DNA of 64,000 bases from Slackia sp. (GTDB lineage Bacteria > Actinomycetota > Coriobacteriia > Coriobacteriales > Eggerthellaceae). The notes under the pieces were generated by a model. The model searched no databases. It was not told the origin of the DNA and worked only from the letters and a program-made list of their open reading frames with translations. Shown here in pieces: positions 20,454 through 30,361 of the stretch. Position numbers and translations under genes: made by a program. The stretch lies in assembly GCA_047240885.1 (NCBI GenBank), contig JBKTHK010000004.1, positions 47 to 64,046 on the forward strand, in the 5' to 3' direction. Within the stretch, counting starts at the first letter, position 1, and each line of letters starts with the position of its first letter.

Positions 20454-21206
20454 CTATTCCTCGCATACGGCCCATACGCGAGCAGGCAACCCGGTTGCCC
20501 CTTCAATACGCGGCCACGCCACAAAGACGATCGCGCCCGCAGGAGGAACCTTGTCCAAATTGGCCATGACCTCGACCTGAAGATGGCACGTATCCAGCAC
20601 GTAACGCTCGACCGCCAGGTCGTCAGCCTCTACCGCCAGATACGACGCATCGGTATCGAAAGTCTCATGGCCGTTCATTGCAACGCCACGATCCTCGAAC
20701 AAGAATTTCAACGTCTCGATGGACCATCCGGGACAATGCTCGCCACCTTCTTCGTCAAAGTTGCATAGCGCATCGTAGTTAGGCCAGCGCTTATACCAAT
20801 CGGTGCGCAGGGCAACGAAAGCCCCTTCGGGAATGCGGCCATGCTCTTCCTCATACGCCAAAACATCATCGACCGTCACAGCGTAATCGGGGTTCTCTGC
20901 AACTTTGCCCGAAATGTCAATGACGCACAGAGGGTAAGCAGCCTGCTCTACGCCGTACTCCTCGGCGGTAGGGCGTCCCGGTACGAAATGCATGGGAAAG
21001 TCTACATGCGTGCCAAACTGGCCGGGGAATTTGTACGTATGAATACGGCACGAAAGCATTTCCTCGTCATAGTCGAACACGGTTTTGCACAGCTCGACCG
21101 ATCCGTCAGGAATGCCGCCCCAATACGGACTTTCGTTGGTCAGTGGATGAGTCAGATCAACCCATCGGCAGCGCTTCAATTTCTCAAGATCGTCCCACAA
21201 GCTCAT
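20454..21206 (-). CDS. Cyclase-family (kynurenine formamidase-like) metal hydrolase
   Basis: DLTHP, GTHVDFPMH, LRTDW, PGW and GATGLPARV motifs. Confidence 0.88.
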   Translation of the reverse strand: MSLWDDLEKLKRCRWVDLTHPLTNESPYWGGIPDGSVELCKTVFDYDEEMLSCRIHTYKFPGQFGTHVDFPMHFVPGRPTAEEYGVEQAAYPLCVIDISGKVAENPDYAVTVDDVLAYEEEHGRIPEGAFVALRTDWYKRWPNYDALCNFDEEGGEHCPGWSIETLKFLFEDRGVAMNGHETFDTDASYLAVEADDLAVERYVLDTCHLQVEVMANLDKVPPAGAIVFVAWPRIEGATGLPARVWAVCEE

Positions 21207-21391
21207 GACGGTCTCCCTTTCGTTCGGTCGAATACCTTTTGGCCACTGCCCTCCATTGTGCCGCATTAAAGGTAACTGCGCGCGCAGAAGACGAGACTTG
21301 TGCCACTACGTTACATCGGCGGCGCTTTTCCGAAGAGAAACGCCTCGAGAAGGAGGCCTCGAGCCAGGCGTGACGCCTGGAGACGGCACGC

Positions 21392-22660
21392 CTACGCCAC
21401 CTCATGCCGACGAAACGCCCACGCAGAAAGCGGTACGCACGCAAGCACCATGATACCGTAGACAAGCGCCATCATAGCGGGCTGGTCCAGCACAAGCCCT
21501 CCCAGGGGGTACGACATATAGCGCCAGAACATGGTAGACGCCACCAGCCCCGATGTCGGAAAGAGGACCACCAGATGCGTGAGAATTCCCAGTCCTCCCG
21601 TAGGAACCATACCCGTCAACAGCACCAGCGCCACGTCTATTGCGAAGATAGACAACACCGAACGAAGCACCGACGACAGCAGAAGCGTCAAGGCCGCGAA
21701 ACCCAGCGTTATCAGGTACGCAAGACCCACCATGATTCCAGCGCACTGCGCCATCGTGAGCGCATACGGCGACGAAAGCGCCATCACCTGGACAGGCAGA
21801 CCGCCACCGCCCGCCCCGTATGCCCCGAGAGAAACACCGCAGATGATGCCCGCGCATACCGCGAACACCGCCGTTGCAAACACGAACGAGGCCGCAAGCT
21901 TCGCGCCGATGAGCTTCGTCCTGCCATAGCGCGATGCAAGCAGCACGCTATCAGTGCGTTCGCGATATTCGCCCGCGAACATAGGAGCCAAGCCCACGCA
22001 TACGGCAATCATCGCGAACGCAGCGAACGCTATGCAGTCCATGATGTTTTCCCATCCGCCTGCGTAGCCGTACGAAAGGGGTTCGGTCACCTGCTGCTGC
22101 TTGTTCGTCCAAAACGCACGCTCAGCATCGGAGTAGACCCACGACCCTTCCTGCCCGTCATCAAGGGTCGCCTGAACCCTTTCTTCGATCGCGTCGTAAA
22201 AAGGAACCTCGGGGTCAGGGCCCAAAAGCGCCGATACCTGGATGGGCTCTTTGCCGCCCGAATTCCATGCCGAAAAAAGCCAGGGATAATATCCTGCGCC
22301 ATACAGTTCGCTCCGCGTCTCTTCGTCGTATGCCAAAGAGACCGCATCGTATGCAGCCGCGTTGCTCATCGACGCGATTTCCGAGGGGTCAAGCTCGGAA
22401 AATGCCGAGTCATAATAGGCCGCCACTTCCTCGGCAACGCGATCGCCGCTCAGCACACCCGCATGTTCCTCGGCGGCCGCCTGCCTTTGATGGATAGCGT
22501 CGAAGCCGCTCAGGATTTCTTCGGTATTGCTCGTCGTCTTGGCCTGAAGCACATTAAGGGTCATGATGGCGCAGAGCGCCAGAACGACAGCCAGGCAGGT
22601 ATAGCGCGTAGACGGACGCGCGATGATTTTCTTCAGCTCGAATTTCACCAGGTCGAACAT
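21392..22660 (-). CDS. ABC transporter permease
   Basis: FELKK start, large extracellular loop, FAGEY...SRYGR..AKL motif, multiple TM helices. Confidence 0.85.
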   Translation of the reverse strand: MFDLVKFELKKIIARPSTRYTCLAVVLALCAIMTLNVLQAKTTSNTEEILSGFDAIHQRQAAAEEHAGVLSGDRVAEEVAAYYDSAFSELDPSEIASMSNAAAYDAVSLAYDEETRSELYGAGYYPWLFSAWNSGGKEPIQVSALLGPDPEVPFYDAIEERVQATLDDGQEGSWVYSDAERAFWTNKQQQVTEPLSYGYAGGWENIMDCIAFAAFAMIAVCVGLAPMFAGEYRERTDSVLLASRYGRTKLIGAKLAASFVFATAVFAVCAGIICGVSLGAYGAGGGGLPVQVMALSSPYALTMAQCAGIMVGLAYLITLGFAALTLLLSSVLRSVLSIFAIDVALVLLTGMVPTGGLGILTHLVVLFPTSGLVASTMFWRYMSYPLGGLVLDQPAMMALVYGIMVLACVPLSAWAFRRHEVA

Positions 22661-22662
22661 GA

Positions 22663-23550
22663 CTACCTACCTTCCTTGAACGTGTAGAGATACAGGTCTT
22701 CCAGCGTCGGCTCTACGGAACGAGCCTCTTCGGTGGGCGCCTCGTCCGACACAACACGAACAACGGCCGCCCCATCCGACGCGTAATGCACGTTGCTTGC
22801 GCACAGCTCTTCTGCCATGCGAGCCGCCTTCTGCGCCGACGCGCGACACTCCCACACCTTCCCCGCAACGGAGGCAACAACCGATTCGGGAGCACCGCGC
22901 ATAATGAGCGCCCCGCTCTTCATAAGAAGAACCTCGTCGGCGATGTATTCGACATCCGACACGATATGCGTGGAGAGCAGCACGATCTTATCCTGCGAGA
23001 ACCCTGCTATTAGGTTGCGAAAACGCACGCGCTCTTTGGGATCGAGACCCGCCGTCGGTTCGTCGAGCACCAAAACTTCCGGATTGTTCAGCACGGCCTG
23101 GGCAATTCCCAAACGCTGCTTCATACCGCCCGAAAACGTGCGGATCTTGGCCTTGGCGTGGTCTGCCAGCCCAACTTCATCCAGCAAGTCCGCACAGAGG
23201 GAACGCGCCTTGCGACGTGGCACGCCCTTCAGCGCCGCCATATAAAGCATGAAATCCATCGCCGTGAAATCTGGGTAATAGCCGAAATCTTGCGGCAAAT
23301 ACCCTAGCAGCGCACGGTATTCCTCACCCATCGAGGCCACGTCGACACCGTTGTACGCAATGCGCCCGCTCGTCGGTCGCAAAACATCGCACACCATGCG
23401 CATGAGCGTCGTTTTACCAGCTCCGTTCGCCCCAAGCAGGCCATAGACTCCCGGCTTCAACACAGCGGAAACCCCTGCTACCGCATCCTTCTGCCCAAAG
23501 CGCCTTGTCACATTTTCGAGAGAAAGCTCCACGGTTTCCTCCTTTACCAT
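22663..23550 (-). CDS. ABC transporter ATP-binding protein
   Basis: GANGAGKT, FSGGMKQR, LDEPT and STH motifs. Confidence 0.95.
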   Translation of the reverse strand: MVKEETVELSLENVTRRFGQKDAVAGVSAVLKPGVYGLLGANGAGKTTLMRMVCDVLRPTSGRIAYNGVDVASMGEEYRALLGYLPQDFGYYPDFTAMDFMLYMAALKGVPRRKARSLCADLLDEVGLADHAKAKIRTFSGGMKQRLGIAQAVLNNPEVLVLDEPTAGLDPKERVRFRNLIAGFSQDKIVLLSTHIVSDVEYIADEVLLMKSGALIMRGAPESVVASVAGKVWECRASAQKAARMAEELCASNVHYASDGAAVVRVVSDEAPTEEARSVEPTLEDLYLYTFKEGR

Positions 23551-23576
23551 CTAAGACTTCTCCAAACCCGCTAAGC

Positions 23577-24404
23577 TCATCGATTTACATACGAGGAATC
23601 GAAAGCAAGAACTCTGGGAGAGAACCGCATGTCGGAAAGCCAACGGCGCGCCTCGAAAAGCATCCATGCCGCCGCAGCAACAACGATAATCCCCCATATC
23701 CACCAGGAAGCTATCTCGTAGACCCAGGAGCACTTGATTGCCAAACCATAGGCAACCGCCACCACGATCGAACCCCAGGCCGCCGAAGCAGCGAGCGCGC
23801 CCGATGCGCCCATGCGACGTGCCGCCGCAAGGCATCCGCCCACCGTAAGAAAGTACGGCGCGAAGACCTGCGCGACGACTAAAGCAATCTCACCTTCTGC
23901 GGCGATGAGGCACGACGAGACGAAAAGCGCCACGGCGTTTGCGCATGCCAGCACCGTCATGCGCGCGGACGCAACGGACCGCGCATTGAACTTGCACGAT
24001 CGTTCGAGCTCTATGAGGCCGCACATACGCGATGCGAATATGTCGGGCAAGCCGCACACGGCAATAGCCGCACCTGCAAGGCAGGCAAAAAGTCCCATCG
24101 TCCCAGACGGGTCAGTCCAGGAAACGAAAACCACAAGCGCCACAACAGCCGCTTGAAGCAGCCATGAACGGACGCCCATGAAACGCGCCTGCCCCGCAAC
24201 GAACGCAGCATAATCGGCCACTTGTCCGCATCGAATCTTTTCGGCGACGGATAAGGGCATCCCATCAAACGCAACATCCCGCTCTGCGCGAATATCGGCA
24301 CATTCATGGGCGACTCTGTCCGCCACGGCCGCTTTTACCGCCGGGTCTGCGGAAACGCGGCGGGAGCGGTAATACGCCTTCAAATCGTCTTCGAGAGTCC
24401 TCAC
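23577..24404 (-). CDS. Membrane protein, putative anti-sigma factor
   Basis: Overlaps the ECF sigma stop; soluble N-terminus followed by about 6 TM helices. Confidence 0.6.
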   Translation of the reverse strand: MRTLEDDLKAYYRSRRVSADPAVKAAVADRVAHECADIRAERDVAFDGMPLSVAEKIRCGQVADYAAFVAGQARFMGVRSWLLQAAVVALVVFVSWTDPSGTMGLFACLAGAAIAVCGLPDIFASRMCGLIELERSCKFNARSVASARMTVLACANAVALFVSSCLIAAEGEIALVVAQVFAPYFLTVGGCLAAARRMGASGALAASAAWGSIVVAVAYGLAIKCSWVYEIASWWIWGIIVVAAAAWMLFEARRWLSDMRFSPRVLAFDSSYVNR

Positions 24405-24907
24405 TTCAACCTCCCTTTCGGTTCCGGGGCAAGAGCGCTGCGCGCGTGCGCGAGCGCACGTTTGAGGAGCCTATTCATCGCAAAACGCGACATCCCCATG
24501 ACAGAAGCCGCTTCCGCCACGCCAAGACCCTGATCGAAACGCAGCTCTAAAGCCTCACGCTCGTCAGGCGGCAACGAAGCTAAAGCCGATTCCAGCTCTA
24601 CGGCATACGAATCGCTCTGCGACGGCTCAAGGCCTTCGTCAAGTTCGACAAAACTCGGTGCTCGACCGGCCGATCGCGCCGCATCGATACACGCATTGCG
24701 CGCTATGGTTAAAAGCAACGCAAGGGGCTTGCCCCGTTCGTCATACGCTTCGGCACGACGAACGAACCGAAGAAACGTCTCCTGCGTCAAATCTTCCGCC
24801 GCAGACACGGGGGCGTGGCGCCTGCAGTACGCCAACACATCTTCATAGTGCCGCTCAACCATGAGACGCATCGCTTTCTCGTCAAACGATGTGCTTCCTG
24901 TCTTCAA
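24401..24907 (-). CDS. ECF RNA polymerase sigma factor
   Basis: AEDLTQETF, LLTIARN and LPPDEREAL region 2/4 motifs. TTG start follows AGGAGG. Confidence 0.9.
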   Translation of the reverse strand: MKTGSTSFDEKAMRLMVERHYEDVLAYCRRHAPVSAAEDLTQETFLRFVRRAEAYDERGKPLALLLTIARNACIDAARSAGRAPSFVELDEGLEPSQSDSYAVELESALASLPPDEREALELRFDQGLGVAEAASVMGMSRFAMNRLLKRALAHARSALAPEPKGRLK

Positions 24908-24930
24908 ACGTTTCTCACCTCCTACCCTCT

Positions 24931-24958
24931 TTAACGACGAAGCGTCCCCTTAGGTGCG
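24931..24958 (-). promoter_or_regulatory. Candidate ECF-type autoregulatory promoter
   Basis: Minus strand CGCACC-N16-CGTTAA just upstream of the sigma RBS. Confidence 0.4.
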
Positions 24959-25007
24959 AATTTATTTAGAAATTGTTGCACCATCTTCGAACTCCTAAAC
25001 AGGCAAG

Positions 25008-25035
25008 AAAAAGGCTCGATTCGTCGGAGCCTTTT
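25008..25035. terminator. Terminator downstream of the surface protein gene
   Basis: AAAAAGGCTC...GAGCCTTTT. Confidence 0.7.
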
Positions 25036-25138
25036 GTATGCGCCAATTCGCGGAAGCGTCAGGGCGAAATGCTACGTCGTCTTCTCGAGGGCGGTAGCAA
25101 TCCTCGATTCCAACGACCTCGCCTTTTCAGCGAAGCCG

Positions 25139-27507
25139 TTACTCTTCGCGACGCTTCCGCGTCGCAGCGGCAGCGGCACCTGCGGCCACAACGCCAGTCA
25201 GCGCAACTGCGGCAACCGCGGCATTGGATGCGTCATTCGTCTTAGCGAACGTTGCGGAGTCCTTCGAGCCGTCGGCCTTCGCAGCCTGGTTCGTATTGTC
25301 AGAGGAGTTGCCACCCGCATTGCCAGCAGCCGAGCCTCCCTCGGAGCCAGAACCGGCAGCGGAGTCAGAAAGCTTCACCGTAACAGTCAGGGGTCGACCC
25401 CGCTCTCGTCGCCTTCGACCGTTCCGTCTTTAACCGCAGTGAAAACGAAGTCGAACGTTTTGCTCGTATCGGCAGCGGCGATAGCCTTGTTCAGCTCTGC
25501 AAGACGCTTCGTGTCCACCTTCACCGTATAGCCTTGCTCGACATTCATCTCGACAAGAGCAAGCAGGTCGCTCTCGGCGAGCGCGGCAGCCTTGCCGCCC
25601 TTTACGTCGTAGGAATACACACCGTCGATGACGGAATCCTTCGCCAAAAGCTTAGCAGCAACGATGCCGAAAGAGCCGTCCTCTTGCTTTTCAAATCCAA
25701 AGCCAGGGGCGATGTATTCATCTGCAGGAGGATTGCCTTCAAATACGCCTCCAGAAACCTCAGCATTTTCCGACTTATTGGCGTCATCGCTCGTGAAGAT
25801 GACCTCTTGATCGCCCGTGGTCACAAAGGTTCCGCCAAGAACAACGGTCTTGCCCTGCTCGGGGTCTCCGGCCTTTACGTTGAACACAACGCCATTCGCG
25901 GCGTCAGCAGGATCGAACGTTCCGCCGGTGATGGTCAGCTCGTTCCAGTTGAGAATAGAAGCTTCGGCTCCGTTCTTAACCTCTCCGCCGTTGATGGTCA
26001 TCGTTCCATAGGAGTCGTTCTTAAGGTATTTCCGCCCTCGACTACGCCGCCGTTCATCGTGAGCTGCGCCGTATAGCCGGGCGTGCTCGGCGAGCCCGAA
26101 TACCTGCCGTTGGCAATGCCGCTCGAGAAGCCGGCGGGAGAGCCGTCTGCCAGCAGCAGCTTCACCGTAGTACCGCCGTTGATTTCAAGATCGCCTTTAT
26201 TAAGGATCGTGTAGTAGGAGTTGCCGTTTGCGCCCGAAGCGGTTCCAGCCTCTTTGGAGCGCTCAAACGTTCCGCCATTCAGCACGACCTTTGCGCCCTC
26301 CTCGATGGAAAGAGCCGCCTTGCCATGCGTTACATTGTCCACAACGCCGCCGCCAACGGAATCGACAACGGAGAAGTTAGCGTCCGCGCCAACCGTAATG
26401 GTGTTGCCCGTCAGGTTGGCAATCTTTTTACCCGAAAGATCGATGGAGACGGTTTTGCCCTCAGGAATAACCACGTCTTCTTCGACATCGGCGAGCAGGA
26501 ACACAACCGTGCCGTCCGACGCCTTCTCGATCGCCTCGGAAACGCTTCGTAATCTACAACGGAGCCGTCTGCATTTTTAATCGCAGCGACGTTGTTGCCG
26601 ACTGCAACCAGGCTGCCGTCCACCACTGATGTCCGCCGGGGGCGGGAAGCGCCACGTTCTCGCTCTTTTCGACCTTCACCTTATCGCCGCCGGACGCAAC
26701 GCTCAAGCTGGCCGCAGAAAGGTCTCCGCCGTTAATCGAGAGAGAAAGATCCGCATCGTTTCCGGAAGAAAGCTCGATCGCGCCCACAATAGCGCCGGCA
26801 TCGGGAGAAACCGTCACGCTAACTTGCTTGTAGGACGAAAATCCGCACACATCGAATGCGACCTTGGGAGCGGCTTGGCCGGCTTTCACATTCGTGCCCG
26901 CACCGATCACTGTATTGCCGTTATTGTTTGACAGCGTGTACTGAGTATGCTCACCGCCCTCGAGAGACACACCGTCGAGGGTCAAGTTGCTGTAATTCTG
27001 AATCAAAATTGCAGCCTTATCGGACTTGATAGTTCCGTTCTTGAACGTAATGTTGCTGTCCTGAAGAAGCTGGAATCCGTTCGTCTCGGTTCCCGTCGAT
27101 CCGACGGTGCTTCCATCCACCGTATAGGTATTTCCTCCAAGGTCAAGCGTAAGATCCGTTCCGCTCTTGACCACCACTCCGTTGCCAGAAACATCACCCG
27201 TCAGAGCGACAACCGTACCAGACGCCGTTCCGGCAGACACGGCGTCAACGGCCTCTTGCAAAGTTGGATAAGACGTTTCTCCAATCTTGATGGCGCCTTC
27301 CGCCTGAGCCTGTGAAGTCTTCTGCTCCGTCGGAGCAGCCGCGGGAGCGCTCTGCTGGACGCCACTATGCGCCGCAGACTGCTCAATAACCGCAGGCGTA
27401 GGCGCCGCTTCGTCCGCCACGGCCAACGCCGGCACGCCGAACGTTGCCGCAAGCGTTGCTGACATCACAACGGAAAGAGCTTTGCCCCTTCTGTTCTCCT
27501 GCCTCAT
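25139..27507 (-). CDS. Sortase-anchored surface protein, about 790 aa (split by about 4 frameshifts)
   Basis: Signal peptide MRQENRRGK..ALAVA; repeated 'YxTLQEAV / xLxxDV / LDLxGxT' beta-rich modules; FAKTND + TM + RKRR tail. Pieces join near 26625, 26545, 26020 and 25390. Confidence 0.8.
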
Positions 27508-27699
27508 ACCGAACCTCCTTGTTTGCCTCCGATAACAAGACACGCAGCACACCGGTTCGCCAAGAAAAGCATCAGCGCCCAGGTCACCGTTCGTTTTACG
27601 AACGGCCTGCTTACGTAATGCGCGCTTTACCGTGAATGGTACACAGTAAATGCCCCGCATCAAGGATAATTCGGCCGAAACAGCCCACTTCTCTGCAAA

Positions 27700-27951
27700 C
27701 TATCTTTGATTCTCCAACGCAAGTTTCAAGGCTTGAGCGAGCTGATCGGGGCAGCTCGTAGAGCGCGGTCCGCATGACGTTCCCTCGAGCAGCTCGACAA
27801 CGCGCTGTGCCGGCATGCCCTCAACGAGCCTGCCGATACCTTTCAAGTTCCCATTGCAACCGCCCTCAAAACGAACATCGTGCACAACGCCGTCAACGAC
27901 ATCGAACTGAATGGAGCGGGAGCATGTTCCACGCGTCTTATACGAATACAT
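27700..27951 (-). CDS. TSCPD-domain protein (TIGR03905 family)
   Basis: GTCS, GGCNGNL and CGPRSTSCPDQLA motifs; AGGAGG RBS. Confidence 0.92.
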   Translation of the reverse strand: MYSYKTRGTCSRSIQFDVVDGVVHDVRFEGGCNGNLKGIGRLVEGMPAQRVVELLEGTSCGPRSTSCPDQLAQALKLALENQR

Positions 27952-28041
27952 AGTTCCTCCTGTTTGCTTTGTGCCATCTTTCAAAGAAATGGCGGCTGAT
28001 CGCCCACGCAGCGCCATGCCGCACGCAAAGCGAATGCGCCC

Positions 28042-28725
28042 CTAAATTGCGTAGGACCAGTCAGCGCCCTCTGCCCAAAGGCCCCTATCGGCGTGGTACG
28101 CCTCGAGCTGCGACGCCTTGAAAATGGTGAAATACGCATCGTTCGGCTTATCCTTGTGAGCGACGCCATAGCCCTCTACCAACATTTTCGCATTGAGCAT
28201 TTTAGCGCGAACCTCGTTGACGTCCGTGAAGCTTGTCGGCTTCGCAATCCAGACGAAGCGAAGCAGCTGGCCGCTCTTCGTGCTGTCAGTGGTGTCCTTC
28301 TGCAAATACACCACATCGCCTACATGAAGGATCATACGAAGGTGATTTGCAGCCTGGGCGCCTTCGGCCGTGCCTTTCTCCTGGCCGTCGCCACCTGCCT
28401 CAGGGGTGTTGATGCCAATCATTCTGACAGTCTTTTCTTTGCCGCCAACCAGCACGTCTATGGAGTCGCCGTCGACGACATCAACAAGCACCGCTTCCTC
28501 AAGCGCCGTAGGCACCGTATGGCGTAACCCGAGCGAAGCCACCTCATCGCCCGGAGCGAGCGTCGCCGCCTGCCGTTCGGCATGGTGAATGTTGGAAAGC
28601 ACCTGATCGGTCAACACCTCGGAAGGAATGAAGGCCTTTCCGCTGGCGTATGACAGCAGCACACCAACCACCAAAACGATTGCGGCGGCCATGGACTTCT
28701 GCTGTGTAGAGTTCAATCTCGACAT
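28042..28725 (-). CDS. Membrane-anchored thermonuclease (SNase)-family protein
   Basis: N-terminal TM helix; VVDGDS, VRMIGINTPE, LVEGY and RGLW motifs. Confidence 0.85.
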   Translation of the reverse strand: MSRLNSTQQKSMAAAIVLVVGVLLSYASGKAFIPSEVLTDQVLSNIHHAERQAATLAPGDEVASLGLRHTVPTALEEAVLVDVVDGDSIDVLVGGKEKTVRMIGINTPEAGGDGQEKGTAEGAQAANHLRMILHVGDVVYLQKDTTDSTKSGQLLRFVWIAKPTSFTDVNEVRAKMLNAKMLVEGYGVAHKDKPNDAYFTIFKASQLEAYHADRGLWAEGADWSYAI

Positions 28726-28893
28726 GCCTGGATTATAATCGGGCATGCTCGCAAGAACTGCGAGAGCCGGCAAGTGAGCGTGAATTGTGTGCATAGCGAA
28801 ATTTCCCGGGCAACGAACCCGTGGATGACCGAACACATCGCGTGACGAAAACGCCGTTGCAACCACCCAGTATTCTGCAAAAAAGGAGAACCC

Positions 28894-29676
28894 ATGCAAA
28901 AAGGACATGCGCTGGTAGCACTCGCTGTCGCAGCCGCATTGTTCGCGGGGGTTCCCCATTCCGCCTTCGCGGCCGATACGCAAGGCCGTTCGGGCATTGA
29001 CGGAGCGGCCGAAGCGCTTCGCAACGAGCTCAGCCCCATGCTGCTCACCTATGAAAATCTTCAGAAGAAACGCGGCGTCACAGGCAGCATCGACATCAGC
29101 AATGCGCGCGTCCAGGGATTGCAAGACGTCATGTACGACGGAAGCCCCGTCGAACCCACCATCACGCTAAAGCTCGAAAACAAGGCGCTGCGCGAAGGAA
29201 AAGACTTCGACGTGGCCTTCGAGGGCGACAACATAAACCCCGGCACCGTCTCCGTAACCATCGCCGGCAAGGGGGCCTACGGCGGAACCATAGAGACCGG
29301 ATTCACCATTCTCCCCGGAGACCTTGCCTACGCCACCGTCGACGTCATTGCCGACCAGACCGAAACAGGAGAGCCCCTCTGCCCCGCGCCCACCGTTGAA
29401 CTCGAAGGAAAAATCCTTGTCGAAGACGTCGACTACACGGTCTCCTACGAAGACAACGTGGAAGAAGGAACGGCCATGCTCATCGTGGCAGGAATAGGCA
29501 ATTGCACCGGACAGCAGCATGCAACCTTCGAAATCCTCGAAGGCCCGGAGGAAGGCCAAGGGCAACAAAGCGACCTGATGGCCGCTTTGCCGTTTGTAGT
29601 GGGACCCGCCGCCGTTGCGGCCGTAGCCCTCGTAATTGTGATGATCACGCTCTTCCGCAGGAAGCCTGCAAAATAA
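28894..29676 (+). CDS. Secreted, C-terminally anchored protein with two MBG-like Ig repeats
   Basis: Signal peptide; two 'D(F/Y)xV...NxxxGT..GxG' repeats; TM + RRK tail. Confidence 0.75.
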   Translation: MQKGHALVALAVAAALFAGVPHSAFAADTQGRSGIDGAAEALRNELSPMLLTYENLQKKRGVTGSIDISNARVQGLQDVMYDGSPVEPTITLKLENKALREGKDFDVAFEGDNINPGTVSVTIAGKGAYGGTIETGFTILPGDLAYATVDVIADQTETGEPLCPAPTVELEGKILVEDVDYTVSYEDNVEEGTAMLIVAGIGNCTGQQHATFEILEGPEEGQGQQSDLMAALPFVVGPAAVAAVALVIVMITLFRRKPAK

Positions 29677-29694
29677 CGGCCCTATTGGTCCGGA

Positions 29695-30171
29695 CTACCA
29701 AAGCGCGTCGTTTTCGTCTTCGTCGAAAGAACCGCCGAACGCTTCTTCGTAGGAGCCCCACGACTTAGAATCGGAAAATGCAACAAATCTATCGGCAGAG
29801 ATATCCATACGCTGCCCGCTTTCGTCGAAAGAACCGCCGAAGAATTCCTGGAACTTCTCCTTCACCGCGTCGTTGGCGGGACGGCAAAACCACACCCACG
29901 CCGCAGTAGGGCCGTTCGCCTCGTCGAAATCGGCGCCAAGCCCAGACTCCACAGGCTCGCCTTCGGCGTTCTGAATCACATACCCGTCAATGGCGAAGCA
30001 GCCTTTGAAAACCATGCGCGAAAACACGCCTTCCGCCTGATTGTCCACAGCGTTCTCGCGTTCGAAGAAGTCGATCCTGCATGAAGAGCAGCACTCGGGC
30101 TCTTCGTCCCGCTTGCCTGCCATCATGTTCGCCATCATCTGCATCATCATGCGTTCGGAATCGTTTTCCAT
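29695..30171 (-). CDS. Hypothetical acidic protein with a Met-rich N-terminus
   Basis: GGAGGA RBS; MMMQMMANMM and CCSSC; lies downstream of copA on the same strand. Confidence 0.55.
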   Translation of the reverse strand: MENDSERMMMQMMANMMAGKRDEEPECCSSCRIDFFERENAVDNQAEGVFSRMVFKGCFAIDGYVIQNAEGEPVESGLGADFDEANGPTAAWVWFCRPANDAVKEKFQEFFGGSFDESGQRMDISADRFVAFSDSKSWGSYEEAFGGSFDEDENDALW

Positions 30172-30361
30172 GAGTCCTCCCCGCGTCTCGTCAGGTTCTG
30201 CCTGCGGCGCAACGTCAGCAACGCTCGTCTTTTGCGCCCATTGCGCCATTCGTTCTTTCGAGCATACTCTAAAACGGCATCGCGATGTATCGATACCCTT
30301 TGTGCTTCTGAACGTATTGCCCAATGCGAGCTTATAAATTTCAGAGAAAGCCGCGGGTGGG

